Shown one piece after another: positions 16,400 through 31,300 of a DNA stretch of 64,000 nucleotides. Within the stretch, counting starts at the first letter, position 1. Each line of letters begins with the position of its first letter. A model generated the notes under the pieces. That model saw nothing but the letters and a program-made list of their open reading frames with translations, was not told the DNA's origin and did no database searches. This stretch comes from Paragordius varius (taxonomy: Eukaryota; Animalia; Nematomorpha): the NCBI GenBank assembly GCA_964247055.1, contig OZ176056.1, positions 682,001-746,000 of the forward strand. Direction: 5' to 3'. A program made the translations under genes and the position numbers.

Positions 16400-19300
16400 C
16401 AATACTCAAGTTAAACTTTGTCCTTAAAAATCGGATATTGGTCACAGGTGAACAAAATTATTTTTTATACATTATCTTAGTAGGACTACATCAAAATATA
16501 GAGATAGTTTGACAAACTCTTTCATATCCGATTTTTACAGCGATACTTTAAAAATTAATGTATAAAACTAGTCGCATCAATACTCAAGTTAAACTTTAAC
16601 TTTAAAATCGGATATTGGTCTAGGTGAACAAAATTATTTTTTATACATTCTCTTAGTAGGACTACATCAAAATATAGTGATATTTTGACAAATTCTTTCA
16701 TATCCGATTTTTAAAACGATACTTAAAAAATTAATGTATTAAACTAGTCGCATCAATACTCAAGTTAAACTTTGTCCTTAAAAATAGGATATTGGTCACC
16801 GGTGAACAAAATTATTTTTTATACATTCTCTTAGTAAGACTACATCAAAATATAGAGATAGTTTGACAAACTCTTTAATACCTGATTTTTACAACGATAC
16901 TCTAAAAATTAATGTATAAAAGTAGTCACATCAATACTAAAGTTAAACTTTGTCCTTAAAAATCTGATTTTGGTCACCGGTGAACAAAATTATTTTGTAT
17001 ACATTCTCTTAGCAAGACTACATCATAATATAGAGATATTTTGACAAATTCTTTCATATCCGATTATTGCAACGATACTTTAAAAAATAATGTATAAAAG
17101 TAGTCGCATCAATACTCAAGTTAAACTTTGTCCTTAAAAATCGGATATTGGTCACCGGTTAACAAAACTATTTTTTATACATTCTCTTAGTAGGACTAGA
17201 TCAAAATATAGAGATAGTTTGACAAACTCTTTCATATCCGATTTTTACAACGATACTTTAAAAATTAATGTATAAAACTAGCCGCATCATTAGTCAAATT
17301 AAATTGTCCTAATAAATATGATATTGGTCACCGGTGAACAAAATTAATTTTTATACATTCTCTTAGTAGGACTACATCATAATATAGAGATATTTTGACA
17401 AATTCTTTCATATCCGATTATTGCAACGATACTTTAAAAAATAATGTATAAAAGTAGTCGCATCAATACTCAAGTTAAACTTTGTCCTTAAAAATCGGAT
17501 ATTGGTCACCGGTTAACAAAACTATTTTTTATACATTCTCTTAGTAGGACTAGATCAAAATATAGAGATAGTTTGACAAACTCTTTCATATCCGATTTTT
17601 ACAGCGATACTTTAAAAATTAATGTATAAAACTAGTCGCATCAATATTCAAGTAAAACTTTGTCCTTAAAAATCGGATATTGGTCACAGGTGAACAAAAT
17701 TATTTTTTATACATTATCTTAGTAGGACTACATCAAAATATAGAGATAGTTTGACAAATTCTTTCATATCCGATTATTGCAACGATACTTTAAAAAATAA
17801 TGTATAAAAGTAGTCGCATCAATACTCAAGTTAAACTTTGTCCTTAAAAATCGGATATTGGTCACAGGTGAACAAAATTATTTTTTATACATTATCTTAG
17901 TAGGACTACATCAAAATATAGAGATAGTTTGACAAACTCTTTCATATCCGATTTTTACAGCGATACTTTAAAAATTAATGTATTAAACTAGTCGCATCAA
18001 TACTCAAGTTAAACTTTAACTTTAAAATCGGATATTGGTCACCGGTGAACAAAATTATTTTTTATACATTATCTTAGTAGGACTACATCAAAATATAGAG
18101 ATAGTTTGACAAACTCTTTCATATCCGATTTTTACAACGATACTTTAAAAATTAATGTATAAAACTAGTCGCATCATTAGTCAAGTCTTTGTCCTTAAAA
18201 ATCGGATATTGGTCGCCGGTAAAGAAAATTATTTTTTATACATTCTCTTAGTAGGACTACATCAAAATATAGAGATAGTTTGACAAACTCTTTCATATCC
18301 GATTTTTACAACGATACTTTAAAAATTAATGTATAAAACTAGCCGCATCATTAGTCAAATTAAATTGTCCTTATAAATATGATATTGGTCACCGGTGAAC
18401 AAAATTAATTTTTATACATTCTCTTAGTAGGACTACATCATAATATAGAGATATTTTGACAAATTCTTTCATATCCGATTTTTGCAACGATACTTTAAAA
18501 AATAATGTATAAAAGTAGTCGCATCAATACTCAAGTTAAACTTTGTCCTTAAAAATCGGATATTGGTCACCGGTTAACAAAACTATTTTTTATACATTCT
18601 CTTAGTAGGACTAGATCAAAATATAGAGATAGTTTGACAAACTCTTTCATATCCGATTTTTCAGCGATACTTTAAAAATTAATGTATAAAACTAGTCGCA
18701 TCAATACTCAAGTAAAACTTTGTCCTTAAAAATCGGATATTGGTCACAGGTGAACAAAATTATTTTTTATACATTATCTTAGTAGGACTACATCAAAATA
18801 TAGAGATAGTTTGACAAACTCTTTCATATCCGATTTTTAAAACGATACTTAAAAAATTAATGTATTAAACTAGTCGCATCAATACTCAATTTAAACTTTG
18901 TCCTTAAAAATCGGATATTGGTCGCCGGTAAAGAAAATTATTTTTTATACATTCTCTTAGTAGGACACATCAATATATAGAGATAGTTTGACAAACTCTT
19001 TCATATCCGATTTTTACAACGATACTTTAAAAATTAATGTATAAAACTAGCCGCATCATTAGTCAAATTAAATTGTCCTTATAAATATGATATTGGTCAC
19101 CGGTGAACAAAATTAATTTTTATACATTCTCTTAGTAGGATTACATCATAATATAGAGATATTTTGACAAATTCTTTCATATCCGATTTTTGCAACGATA
19201 CTTTAAAAAATAATGTATCAAAGTAGTCGCCTCAATACTCAAGTTAAACTTTGTCCTTAAAAATCGGATATTGGTCACCGGTTAACAAAACTATTTTTTA

Positions 19301-22300
19301 TACATTCTCCTAGTAGGACTAGATCAAAATATAGAGATAGTTTGACAAACTCTTTCATATCCGATTTTTACAGCGATACTTTAAAAATTAATGTATAAAA
19401 CTAGTCGCATCAATACTCAAGTTAAACTTTGTCCTTAAAAATCGGATATTGGTCACAGGTGAACAAAATTATTTTTTATACATTATCTTAGTAGGACTAC
19501 ATCAAAATATAGAGATAGTTTGACAAACTCTTTCATATCCGATTTTTACAGCGATACTTTAAAAATTAATGTATAAAACTAGTCGCATCATTAGTCAAGT
19601 CTTTGTCCTTAAAAATCGGATATTGGTCGCCGGTAAAGAAAATTATTTTTTATACATTCTCTTAGTAGGACTACATCAAAATATAGAGATAGTTTGACAA
19701 ACTCTTTCATATCCGATTTTTACCGCGATACTTAAAAAAATTAATGTATAATTTAGCATACGACAATAAGCAAGTTAAACTTTGTCCTTAAAAATCGCAT
19801 ATTGGTCGCCGGTATAGAAAATTATTTTTTATACATTCTCTTAGTAGGACTACATCAAAGTTTGACAAACTCTTTCATATCTGATTTTTACAGCGATACT
19901 TTAAAAATTAATGTATAAAACTAGTCGCATCAATACTCAAGTTAAACTTTAACTTTAAAATCGGATATTGGTCACCGGTGAACGAAATTATTTTTTATAC
20001 ATTATCTTAGTAGGACTACATCAAAATATAGAGATAGTTTGACAAACTCTTTCATATCCGATTTTTACAGCGATACTTTAAAAATTAATGTATAAAACTA
20101 GTCGCATCAATACTCAAGTTAAACTTTAACTTTAAAATCGGATATTGGTCACCGGTGAACAAAATTATTTTTTATACATTCTCTTAGTAGGACTACATCA
20201 AAATATAGTGATATTTTGACAAATTCTTTCATATCCGATTTTTAAAACGATATTTAAAAAATTAATGTATTAAACTAGTCGCATCAATACTCAAGTTAAA
20301 CTTTGTCCTTAAAAATAGGATATTGGTCACCGGTGAACAAAATTATTTTTTATACATTCTCTTAGTAAGACTACATCAAAATATAGAGATAGTTTGACAA
20401 ACTCTTTAATACCTGATTTTTACAACGATACTCTAAAAATTAATGTATAAAAGTAGTCACATCAATACTAAAGTTAAACTTTGTCCTTAAAAATCTGATT
20501 TTGGTCACCGGTGAACAAAATTATTTTGTATACATTCTCTTAGTAAGACTACATCAAAATATAGAGATAGTTTGACAAACTCTTTCATATCCGATTTTTA
20601 CAACGATAAAAATTAAAGTATAAAACTAGTCGCATCAATACTCAAGTTAAACTTTGTCCTTAAAAATCGGATATTTGTCGCCGGTAAAGAAAATTATTTT
20701 TTATACATTCTCTTAGTAGGACTACATTAAAATATAGAGATAGTTTGACAAACTCTTTCATATCCGATTTTTACAGCGATACTTTATAAATTAATGTATA
20801 AAACTAGTCGCATCCATACTCAAGTTAAACTTTGTCCTTAAAAATCGGATATTGGTCACCAGTGAACAAAATTATTTTTTATACATTCTCTTAGTAAGAC
20901 TACATCAAAATATAGAGATAGTTTGACAAACTCTTTCATATCCGATTTTTACAACGATACTTAAAAAATTAATGTATAAAACTAGTCGCATCAATACTCA
21001 GTTAAACTTTGTCCTTAAAAATAGGATATTGGTCACCGGTGAACAAAATTATTTTTTATACATTCTCTTAGTAAGACTACATTAAAATATAGAGATAGTT
21101 TGACAAACTCTTTCATATCCGATTTTCACAACGATACTTTAAAAATTAATGTATAATTTAGCATACGACAAAAAGCAAGTTAAACTTTGTCCTTAAAAAT
21201 CGGATATTGGTTGCCATTAAAGAAAATTATTTTTTATACATTCTCTTAGTAGGACTACATCATAATATAGAGATAGTTTGACAAACTCTTTCATATCCGA
21301 TTTTTACAACGATACTTTAAAAATTAATGTATAAAACTAGCCGCATCATTAGTCAAGTCTTTGTCCTTAAAAATCGGATATTGGTCGCCGGTGAACAAAA
21401 TTATTTTTTATACATTCTCTTAGTAGGACTACATCAAAATATAGTGATATTTTGACAAATTCTTTCATATCCGATTTTTAAAACGATACTTAAAAAATTA
21501 ATGTATTAAACTAGTCGCATCAATACTCAATTTAAACTTTAACTTCAAAATCGGATATTGGTCACCGGTGAACAAAATTATTTTTTATACATTCTCTTAG
21601 TAGGACTACATCAAAATATAGAGATATTTTGACAAATTCTTTCATATCCGATTTTTAAAACGATACTTAAAAAATTAATGTATTAAACTAGTCGCATCAA
21701 TACTCAATTTAAACTTTGTCCTTAAAAATCGGATATTGGTCGCCGGTAAAGAAAATTATTTTTTATACATTCTCTTAGTAGGACTACATCAATATATAGA
21801 GATAGTTTGACAAACTCTTTCATATCCGATTTTTACAACGATACTTTAAAAATTAATGTATAAAACTAGCCGCATCATTAGTCAAATTAAATTGTCCTTA
21901 TAAATATGATATTGGTCACCGGTGAACAAAATTAATTTTTATACATTCTCTTAGTAGGATTACATCATAATATAGAGATATTTTGACAAATTCTTTCATA
22001 TCCGATTTTTGCAACGATACTTTAAAAAATAATGTATCAAAGTAGTCGCATCAATACTCAAGTTAAACTTTGTCCTTAAAAATCGGATATTGGTCACCGG
22101 TTAACAAAACTATTTTTTATACATTCTCTTAGTAGGACTAGATCAAAATATAGAGATAGTTTGACAAACTCTTTCATATCCGATTTTTACAGCGATACTT
22201 TAAAAATTAATGTATAAAACTAGTCGCATCAATACTCAAGTTAAACTTTGTCCTTAAAAATCGGATATTGGTCACAGGTGAACAAAATTATTTTTTATAC

Positions 22301-25300
22301 ATTATCTTAGTAGGACTACATCAAAATATAGAGATAGTTTGACAAACTCTTTCATATCCGATTTTTACAGCGATACTTTAAAAATTAATGTATAAAACTA
22401 GTCGCATCAATACTCAAGTTAAACTTTAACTTTAAAATCGGATATTGGTCTAGGTGAACAAAACTATTTTTTTATACATTCTCTTAGTAGGACTAGATCA
22501 AAATATAGAGATAGTTTGACAAACTCTTTCATATCCGATTTTTACAGCGATACTTTAAAAATTAATGTATAAAACTAGTCGCATCAATACTCAAGTTAAA
22601 CTTTGTCCTTAAAAATCGGATATTGGTCACAGGTGAACAAAATTATTTTTTATACATTATCTTAGTAGGACTACATCAAAATATAGAGATAGTTTGACAA
22701 ACTCTTTCATATCCGATTTTTACAGCGATACTTTAAAAATTAATGTATAAAACTAGTCGCATCAATACTCAAGTTAAACTTTAACTTTAAAATCGGATAT
22801 TGGTCTAGGTGAACAAAATTATTTTTTATACATTCTCTTAGTAGGACTACATCAAAATATAGTGATATTTTGACAAATTCTTTCATATCCGATTTTTAAA
22901 ACGATACTTAAAAAATTAATGTATTAAACTAGTCGCATCAATACTCAAGTTAAACTTTGTCCTTAAAAATAGGATATTGGTCACCGGTGAACAAAATTAT
23001 TTTTTATACATTCTCTTAGTAAGACTACATCAAAATATAGAGATAGTTTGACAAACTCTTTAATACCTGATTTTTACAACGATACTCTAAAAATTAATGT
23101 ATAAAAGTAGTCACATCAATACTAAAGTTAAACTTTGTCCTTAAAAATCTGATTTTGGTCACCGGTGAACAAAATTATTTTGTATACATTCTCTTAGCAA
23201 GACTACATCATAATATAGAGATATTTTGACAAATTCTTTCATATCCGATTATTGCAACGATACTTTAAAAAATAATGTATAAAAGTAGTCGCATCAATAC
23301 TCAAGTTAAACTTTGTCCTTAAAAATCGGATATTGGTCACCGGTTAACAAAACTATTTTTTATACATTCTCTTAGTAGGACTAGATCAAAATATAGAGAT
23401 AGTTTGACAAACTCTTTCATATCCGATTTTTACAACGATACTTTAAAAATTAATGTATAAAACTAGCCGCATCATTAGTCAAATTAAATTGTCCTAATAA
23501 ATATGATATTGGTCACCGGTGAACAAAATTAATTTTTATACATTCTCTTAGTAGGACTACATCATAATATAGAGATATTTTGACAAATTCTTTCATATCC
23601 GATTATTGCAACGATACTTTAAAAAATAATGTATAAAAGTAGTCGCATCAATACTCAAGTTAAACTTTGTCCTTAAAAATCGGATATTGGTCACCGGTTA
23701 ACAAAACTATTTTTTATACATTCTCTTAGTAGGACTAGATCAAAATATAGAGATAGTTTGACAAACTCTTTCATATCCGATTTTTACAGCGATACTTTAA
23801 AAATTAATGTATAAAACTAGTCGCATCAATATTCAAGTAAAACTTTGTCCTTAAAAATCGGATATTGGTCACAGGTGAACAAAATTATTTTTTATACATT
23901 ATCTTAGTAGGACTACATCAAAATATAGAGATAGTTTGACAAATTCTTTCATATCCGATTATTGCAACGATACTTTAAAAAATAATGTATAAAAGTAGTC
24001 GCATCAATACTCAAGTTAAACTTTGTCCTTAAAAATCGGATATTGGTCACAGGTGAACAAAATTATTTTTTATACATTATCTTAGTAGGACTACATCAAA
24101 ATATAGAGATAGTTTGACAAACTCTTTCATATCCGATTTTTACAGCGATACTTTAAAAATTAATGTATTAAACTAGTCGCATCAATACTCAAGTTAAACT
24201 TTAACTTTAAAATCGGATATTGGTCACCGGTGAACAAAATTATTTTTTATACATTATCTTAGTAGGACTACATCAAAATATAGAGATAGTTTGACAAACT
24301 CTTTCATATCCGATTTTTACAACGATACTTTAAAAATTAATGTATAAAACTAGTCGCATCATTAGTCAAGTCTTTGTCCTTAAAAATCGGATATTGGTCG
24401 CCGGTAAAGAAAATTATTTTTTATACATTCTCTTAGTAGGACTACATCAAAATATAGAGATAGTTTGACAAACTCTTTCATATCCGATTTTTACAACGAT
24501 ACTTTAAAAATTAATGTATAAAACTAGCCGCATCATTAGTCAAATTAAATTGTCCTTATAAATATGATATTGGTCACCGGTGAACAAAATTAATTTTTAT
24601 ACATTCTCTTAGTAGGACTACATCATAATATAGAGATATTTTGACAAATTCTTTCATATCCGATTTTTGCAACGATACTTTAAAAAATAATGTATAAAAG
24701 TAGTCGCATCAATACTCAAGTTAAACTTTGTCCTTAAAAATCGGATATTGGTCACCGGTTAACAAAACTATTTTTTATACATTCTCTTAGTAGGACTAGA
24801 TCAAAATATAGAGATAGTTTGACAAACTCTTTCATATCCGATTTTTCAGCGATACTTTAAAAATTAATGTATAAAACTAGTCGCATCAATACTCAAGTAA
24901 AACTTTGTCCTTAAAAATCGGATATTGGTCACAGGTGAACAAAATTATTTTTTATACATTATCTTAGTAGGACTACATCAAAATATAGAGATAGTTTGAC
25001 AAACTCTTTCATATCCGATTTTTAAAACGATACTTAAAAAATTAATGTATTAAACTAGTCGCATCAATACTCAATTTAAACTTTGTCCTTAAAAATCGGA
25101 TATTGGTCGCCGGTAAAGAAAATTATTTTTTATACATTCTCTTAGTAGGACACATCAATATATAGAGATAGTTTGACAAACTCTTTCATATCCGATTTTT
25201 ACAACGATACTTTAAAAATTAATGTATAAAACTAGCCGCATCATTAGTCAAATTAAATTGTCCTTATAAATATGATATTGGTCACCGGTGAACAAAATTA

Positions 25301-28300
25301 ATTTTTATACATTCTCTTAGTAGGATTACATCATAATATAGAGATATTTTGACAAATTCTTTCATATCCGATTTTTGCAACGATACTTTAAAAAATAATG
25401 TATCAAAGTAGTCGCCTCAATACTCAAGTTAAACTTTGTCCTTAAAAATCGGATATTGGTCACCGGTTAACAAAACTATTTTTTATACATTCTCCTAGTA
25501 GGACTAGATCAAAATATAGAGATAGTTTGACAAACTCTTTCATATCCGATTTTTACAGCGATACTTTAAAAATTAATGTATAAAACTAGTCGCATCAATA
25601 CTCAAGTTAAACTTTGTCCTTAAAAATCGGATATTGGTCACAGGTGAACAAAATTATTTTTTATACATTATCTTAGTAGGACTACATCAAAATATAGAGA
25701 TAGTTTGACAAACTCTTTCATATCCGATTTTTACAGCGATACTTTAAAAATTAATGTATAAAACTAGTCGCATCATTAGTCAAGTCTTTGTCCTTAAAAA
25801 TCGGATATTGGTCGCCGGTAAAGAAAATTATTTTTTATACATTCTCTTAGTAGGACTACATCAAAATATAGAGATAGTTTGACAAACTCTTTCATATCCG
25901 ATTTTTACCGCGATACTTAAAAAAATTAATGTATAATTTAGCATACGACAATAAGCAAGTTAAACTTTGTCCTTAAAAATCGCATATTGGTCGCCGGTAT
26001 AGAAAATTATTTTTTATACATTCTCTTAGTAGGACTACATCAAAGTTTGACAAACTCTTTCATATCTGATTTTTACAGCGATACTTTAAAAATTAATGTA
26101 TAAAACTAGTCGCATCAATACTCAAGTTAAACTTTAACTTTAAAATCGGATATTGGTCACCGGTGAACGAAATTATTTTTTATACATTATCTTAGTAGGA
26201 CTACATCAAAATATAGAGATAGTTTGACAAACTCTTTCATATCCGATTTTTACAGCGATACTTTAAAAATTAATGTATAAAACTAGTCGCATCAATACTC
26301 AAGTTAAACTTTAACTTTAAAATCGGATATTGGTCACCGGTGAACAAAATTATTTTTTATACATTCTCTTAGTAGGACTACATCAAAATATAGTGATATT
26401 TTGACAAATTCTTTCATATCCGATTTTTAAAACGATATTTAAAAAATTAATGTATTAAACTAGTCGCATCAATACTCAAGTTAAACTTTGTCCTTAAAAA
26501 TAGGATATTGGTCACCGGTGAACAAAATTATTTTTTATACATTCTCTTAGTAAGACTACATCAAAATATAGAGATAGTTTGACAAACTCTTTAATACCTG
26601 ATTTTTACAACGATACTCTAAAAATTAATGTATAAAAGTAGTCACATCAATACTAAAGTTAAACTTTGTCCTTAAAAATCTGATTTTGGTCACCGGTGAA
26701 CAAAATTATTTTGTATACATTCTCTTAGTAAGACTACATCAAAATATAGAGATAGTTTGACAAACTCTTTCATATCCGATTTTTACAACGATAAAAATTA
26801 AAGTATAAAACTAGTCGCATCAATACTCAAGTTAAACTTTGTCCTTAAAAATCGGATATTTGTCGCCGGTAAAGAAAATTATTTTTTATACATTCTCTTA
26901 GTAGGACTACATTAAAATATAGAGATAGTTTGACAAACTCTTTCATATCCGATTTTTACAGCGATACTTTATAAATTAATGTATAAAACTAGTCGCATCC
27001 ATACTCAAGTTAAACTTTGTCCTTAAAAATCGGATATTGGTCACCAGTGAACAAAATTATTTTTTATACATTCTCTTAGTAAGACTACATCAAAATATAG
27101 AGATAGTTTGACAAACTCTTTCATATCCGATTTTTACAACGATACTTAAAAAATTAATGTATAAAACTAGTCGCATCAATACTCAGTTAAACTTTGTCCT
27201 TAAAAATAGGATATTGGTCACCGGTGAACAAAATTATTTTTTATACATTCTCTTAGTAAGACTACATTAAAATATAGAGATAGTTTGACAAACTCTTTCA
27301 TATCCGATTTTCACAACGATACTTTAAAAATTAATGTATAATTTAGCATACGACAAAAAGCAAGTTAAACTTTGTCCTTAAAAATCGGATATTGGTTGCC
27401 ATTAAAGAAAATTATTTTTTATACATTCTCTTAGTAGGACTACATCATAATATAGAGATAGTTTGACAAACTCTTTCATATCCGATTTTTACAACGATAC
27501 TTTAAAAATTAATGTATAAAACTAGCCGCATCATTAGTCAAGTCTTTGTCCTTAAAAATCGGATATTGGTCGCCGGTGAACAAAATTATTTTTTATACAT
27601 TCTCTTAGTAGGACTACATCAAAATATAGTGATATTTTGACAAATTCTTTCATATCCGATTTTTAAAACGATACTTAAAAAATTAATGTATTAAACTAGT
27701 CGCATCAATACTCAATTTAAACTTTAACTTCAAAATCGGATATTGGTCACCGGTGAACAAAATTATTTTTTATACATTCTCTTAGTAGGACTACATCAAA
27801 ATATAGAGATATTTTGACAAATTCTTTCATATCCGATTTTTAAAACGATACTTAAAAAATTAATGTATTAAACTAGTCGCATCAATACTCAATTTAAACT
27901 TTGTCCTTAAAAATCGGATATTGGTCGCCGGTAAAGAAAATTATTTTTTATACATTCTCTTAGTAGGACTACATCAATATATAGAGATAGTTTGACAAAC
28001 TCTTTCATATCCGATTTTTACAACGATACTTTAAAAATTAATGTATAAAACTAGCCGCATCATTAGTCAAATTAAATTGTCCTTATAAATATGATATTGG
28101 TCACCGGTGAACAAAATTAATTTTTATACATTCTCTTAGTAGGATTACATCATAATATAGAGATATTTTGACAAATTCTTTCATATCCGATTTTTGCAAC
28201 GATACTTTAAAAAATAATGTATCAAAGTAGTCGCATCAATACTCAAGTTAAACTTTGTCCTTAAAAATCGGATATTGGTCACCGGTTAACAAAACTATTT

Positions 28301-31300
28301 TTTATACATTCTCTTAGTAGGACTAGATCAAAATATAGAGATAGTTTGACAAACTCTTTCATATCCGATTTTTACAGCGATACTTTAAAAATTAATGTAT
28401 AAAACTAGTCGCATCAATACTCAAGTTAAACTTTGTCCTTAAAAATCGGATATTGGTCACAGGTGAACAAAATTATTTTTTATACATTATCTTAGTAGGA
28501 CTACATCAAAATATAGAGATAGTTTGACAAACTCTTTCATATCCGATTTTTACAGCGATACTTTAAAAATTAATGTATAAAACTAGTCGCATCAATACTC
28601 AAGTTAAACTTTAACTTTAAAATCGGATATTGGTCTAGGTGAACAAAATTATTTTTTATACATTCTCTTTGTAGGACTACATCAAAATATAGTGATATTT
28701 TGACAAATTCTTTCATATCCGATTTTTAAAACGATACTTAAAAAATTAATGTATTAAACTAGTCGCATCAATACTCAAGTTAAACTTTGTCCTTAAAAAT
28801 AGGATATTGGTCACCGGTGAACAAAATTATTTTTTATACATTCTCTTAGTAAGACTACATCAAAATATAGAGATAGTTTGACAAACTCTTTAATACCTGA
28901 TTTTTACAACGATACTCTAAAAATTAATGTATAAAAGTAGTCACATCAATACTAAAGTTAAACTTTGTCCTTAAAAATCTGATTTTGGTCACCGGTGAAC
29001 AAAATTATTTTGTATACATTCTCTTAGCAAGACTACATCAAAATATAGAGATAGTTTGACAAACTCTTTCATATCCGATTTTTACAACGATACTTTAAAA
29101 ATTAATTTATAAAACTAGTCGCATCAATACTCAAGTTAAACTTTGTCCTTAAGAATCGGATATTGGTCGCCGGTAAAGAAAATTATTTTTTATACATTCT
29201 CTTAGTAGGACTACATCAAAATATAGAGATAGTTTGACAAACTCTTTCATATCCGATTTTTACAACGATACTTTAAAAATTAATGTATAAAACTAGTCGC
29301 ATCATTAGTCAAGTCTTTGTCCTTAAAAATCGGATATTGGTCGCCGGTAAAGAAAATTATTTTTTATACATTCTCTTAGTAGGACTTACAAAATATAGAG
29401 ATAGTTTGACAAACTCTTTCATATCCGATTTTTACAACGATACTTTAAAAATTAATGTATAAAACTAGCCGCATCATTAGTCAAATTAAATTGTCCTAAT
29501 AAATATGATATTGGTCACCGGTGAACAAAATTAATTTTTATACATTCTCTTAGTAGGACTACATCATAATATAGAGATATTTTGACAAATTCTTTCATAT
29601 CCGATTATTGCAACGATACTTTAAAAAATAATGTATAAAAGTAGTCGCATCAATACTCAAGTTAAACTTTGTCCTTAAAAATCGGATATTGGTCACCGGT
29701 TAACAAAACTATTTTTTATACATTCTCTTAGTAGGACTAGATCAAAATATAGAGATAGTTTGACAAACTCTTTCATATCCGATTTTTACAGCGATACTTT
29801 AAAAATTAATGTATAAAACTAGTCGCATCAATATTCAAGTAAAACTTTGTCCTTAAAAATCGGATATTGGTCACAGGTGAACAAAATTATTTTTTATACA
29901 TTATCTTAGTAGGACTACATCAAAATATAGAGATAGTTTGACAAATTCTTTCATATCCGATTATTGCAACGATACTTTAAAAAATAATGTATAAAAGTAG
30001 TCGCATCAATACTCAAGTTAAACTTTGTCCTTAAAAATCGGATATTGGTCACAGGTGAACAAAATTATTTTTTATACATTATCTTAGTAGGACTACATCA
30101 AAATATAGAGATAGTTTGACAAACTCTTTCATATCCGATTTTTACAGCGATACTTTAAAAATTAATGTATAAAACTAGTCGCATCAATACTCAAGTTAAA
30201 CTTTAACTTTAAAATCGGATATTGGTCACCGGTGAACAAAATTATTTTTTATACATTATCTTAGTAGGACTACATCAAAATATAGAGATAGTTTGACAAA
30301 CTCTTTCATATCCGATTTTTACAACGATACTTTAAAAATTAATGTATAAAACTAGTCGCATCATTAGTCAAGTCTTTGTCCTTAAAAATCGGATATTGGT
30401 CGCCGGTAAAGAAAATTATTTTTTATACATTCTCTTAGTAGGACTACATCAAAATATAGAGATAGTTTGACAAACTCTTTCATATCCGATTTTTACAACG
30501 ATACTTTAAAAATTAATGTATAAAACTAGCCGCATCATTAGTCAAATTAAATTGTCCTTATAAATATGATATTGGTCACCGGTGAACAAAATTAATTTTT
30601 ATACATTCTCTTAGTAGGACTACATCATAATATAGAGATATTTTGACAAATTCTTTCATATCCGATTTTTGCAACGATACTTTAAAAAATAATGTATAAA
30701 AGTAGTCGCATCAATACTCAAGTTAAACTTTGTCCTTAAAAATCGGATATTGGTCACCGGTTAACAAAACTATTTTTTATACATTCTCTTAGTAGGACTA
30801 GATCAAAATATAGAGATAGTTTGACAAACTCTTTCATATCCGATTTTTCAGCGATACTTTAAAAATTAATGTATAAAACTAGTCGCATCAATACTCAAGT
30901 AAAACTTTGTCCTTAAAAATCGGATATTGGTCACAGGTGAACAAAATTATTTTTTATACATTATCTTAGTAGGACTACATCAAAATATAGAGATAGTTTG
31001 ACAAACTCTTTCATATCCGATTTTTAAAACGATACTTAAAAAATTAATGTATTAAACTAGTCGCATCAATACTCAATTTAAACTTTGTCCTTAAAAATCG
31101 GATATTGGTCGCCGGTAAAGAAAATTATTTTTTATACATTCTCTTAGTAGGACACATCAATATATAGAGATAGTTTGACAAACTCTTTCATATCCGATTT
31201 TTACAACGATACTTTAAAAATTAATGTATAAAACTAGCCGCATCATTAGTCAAATTAAATTGTCCTTATAAATATGATATTGGTCACCGGTGAACAAAAT

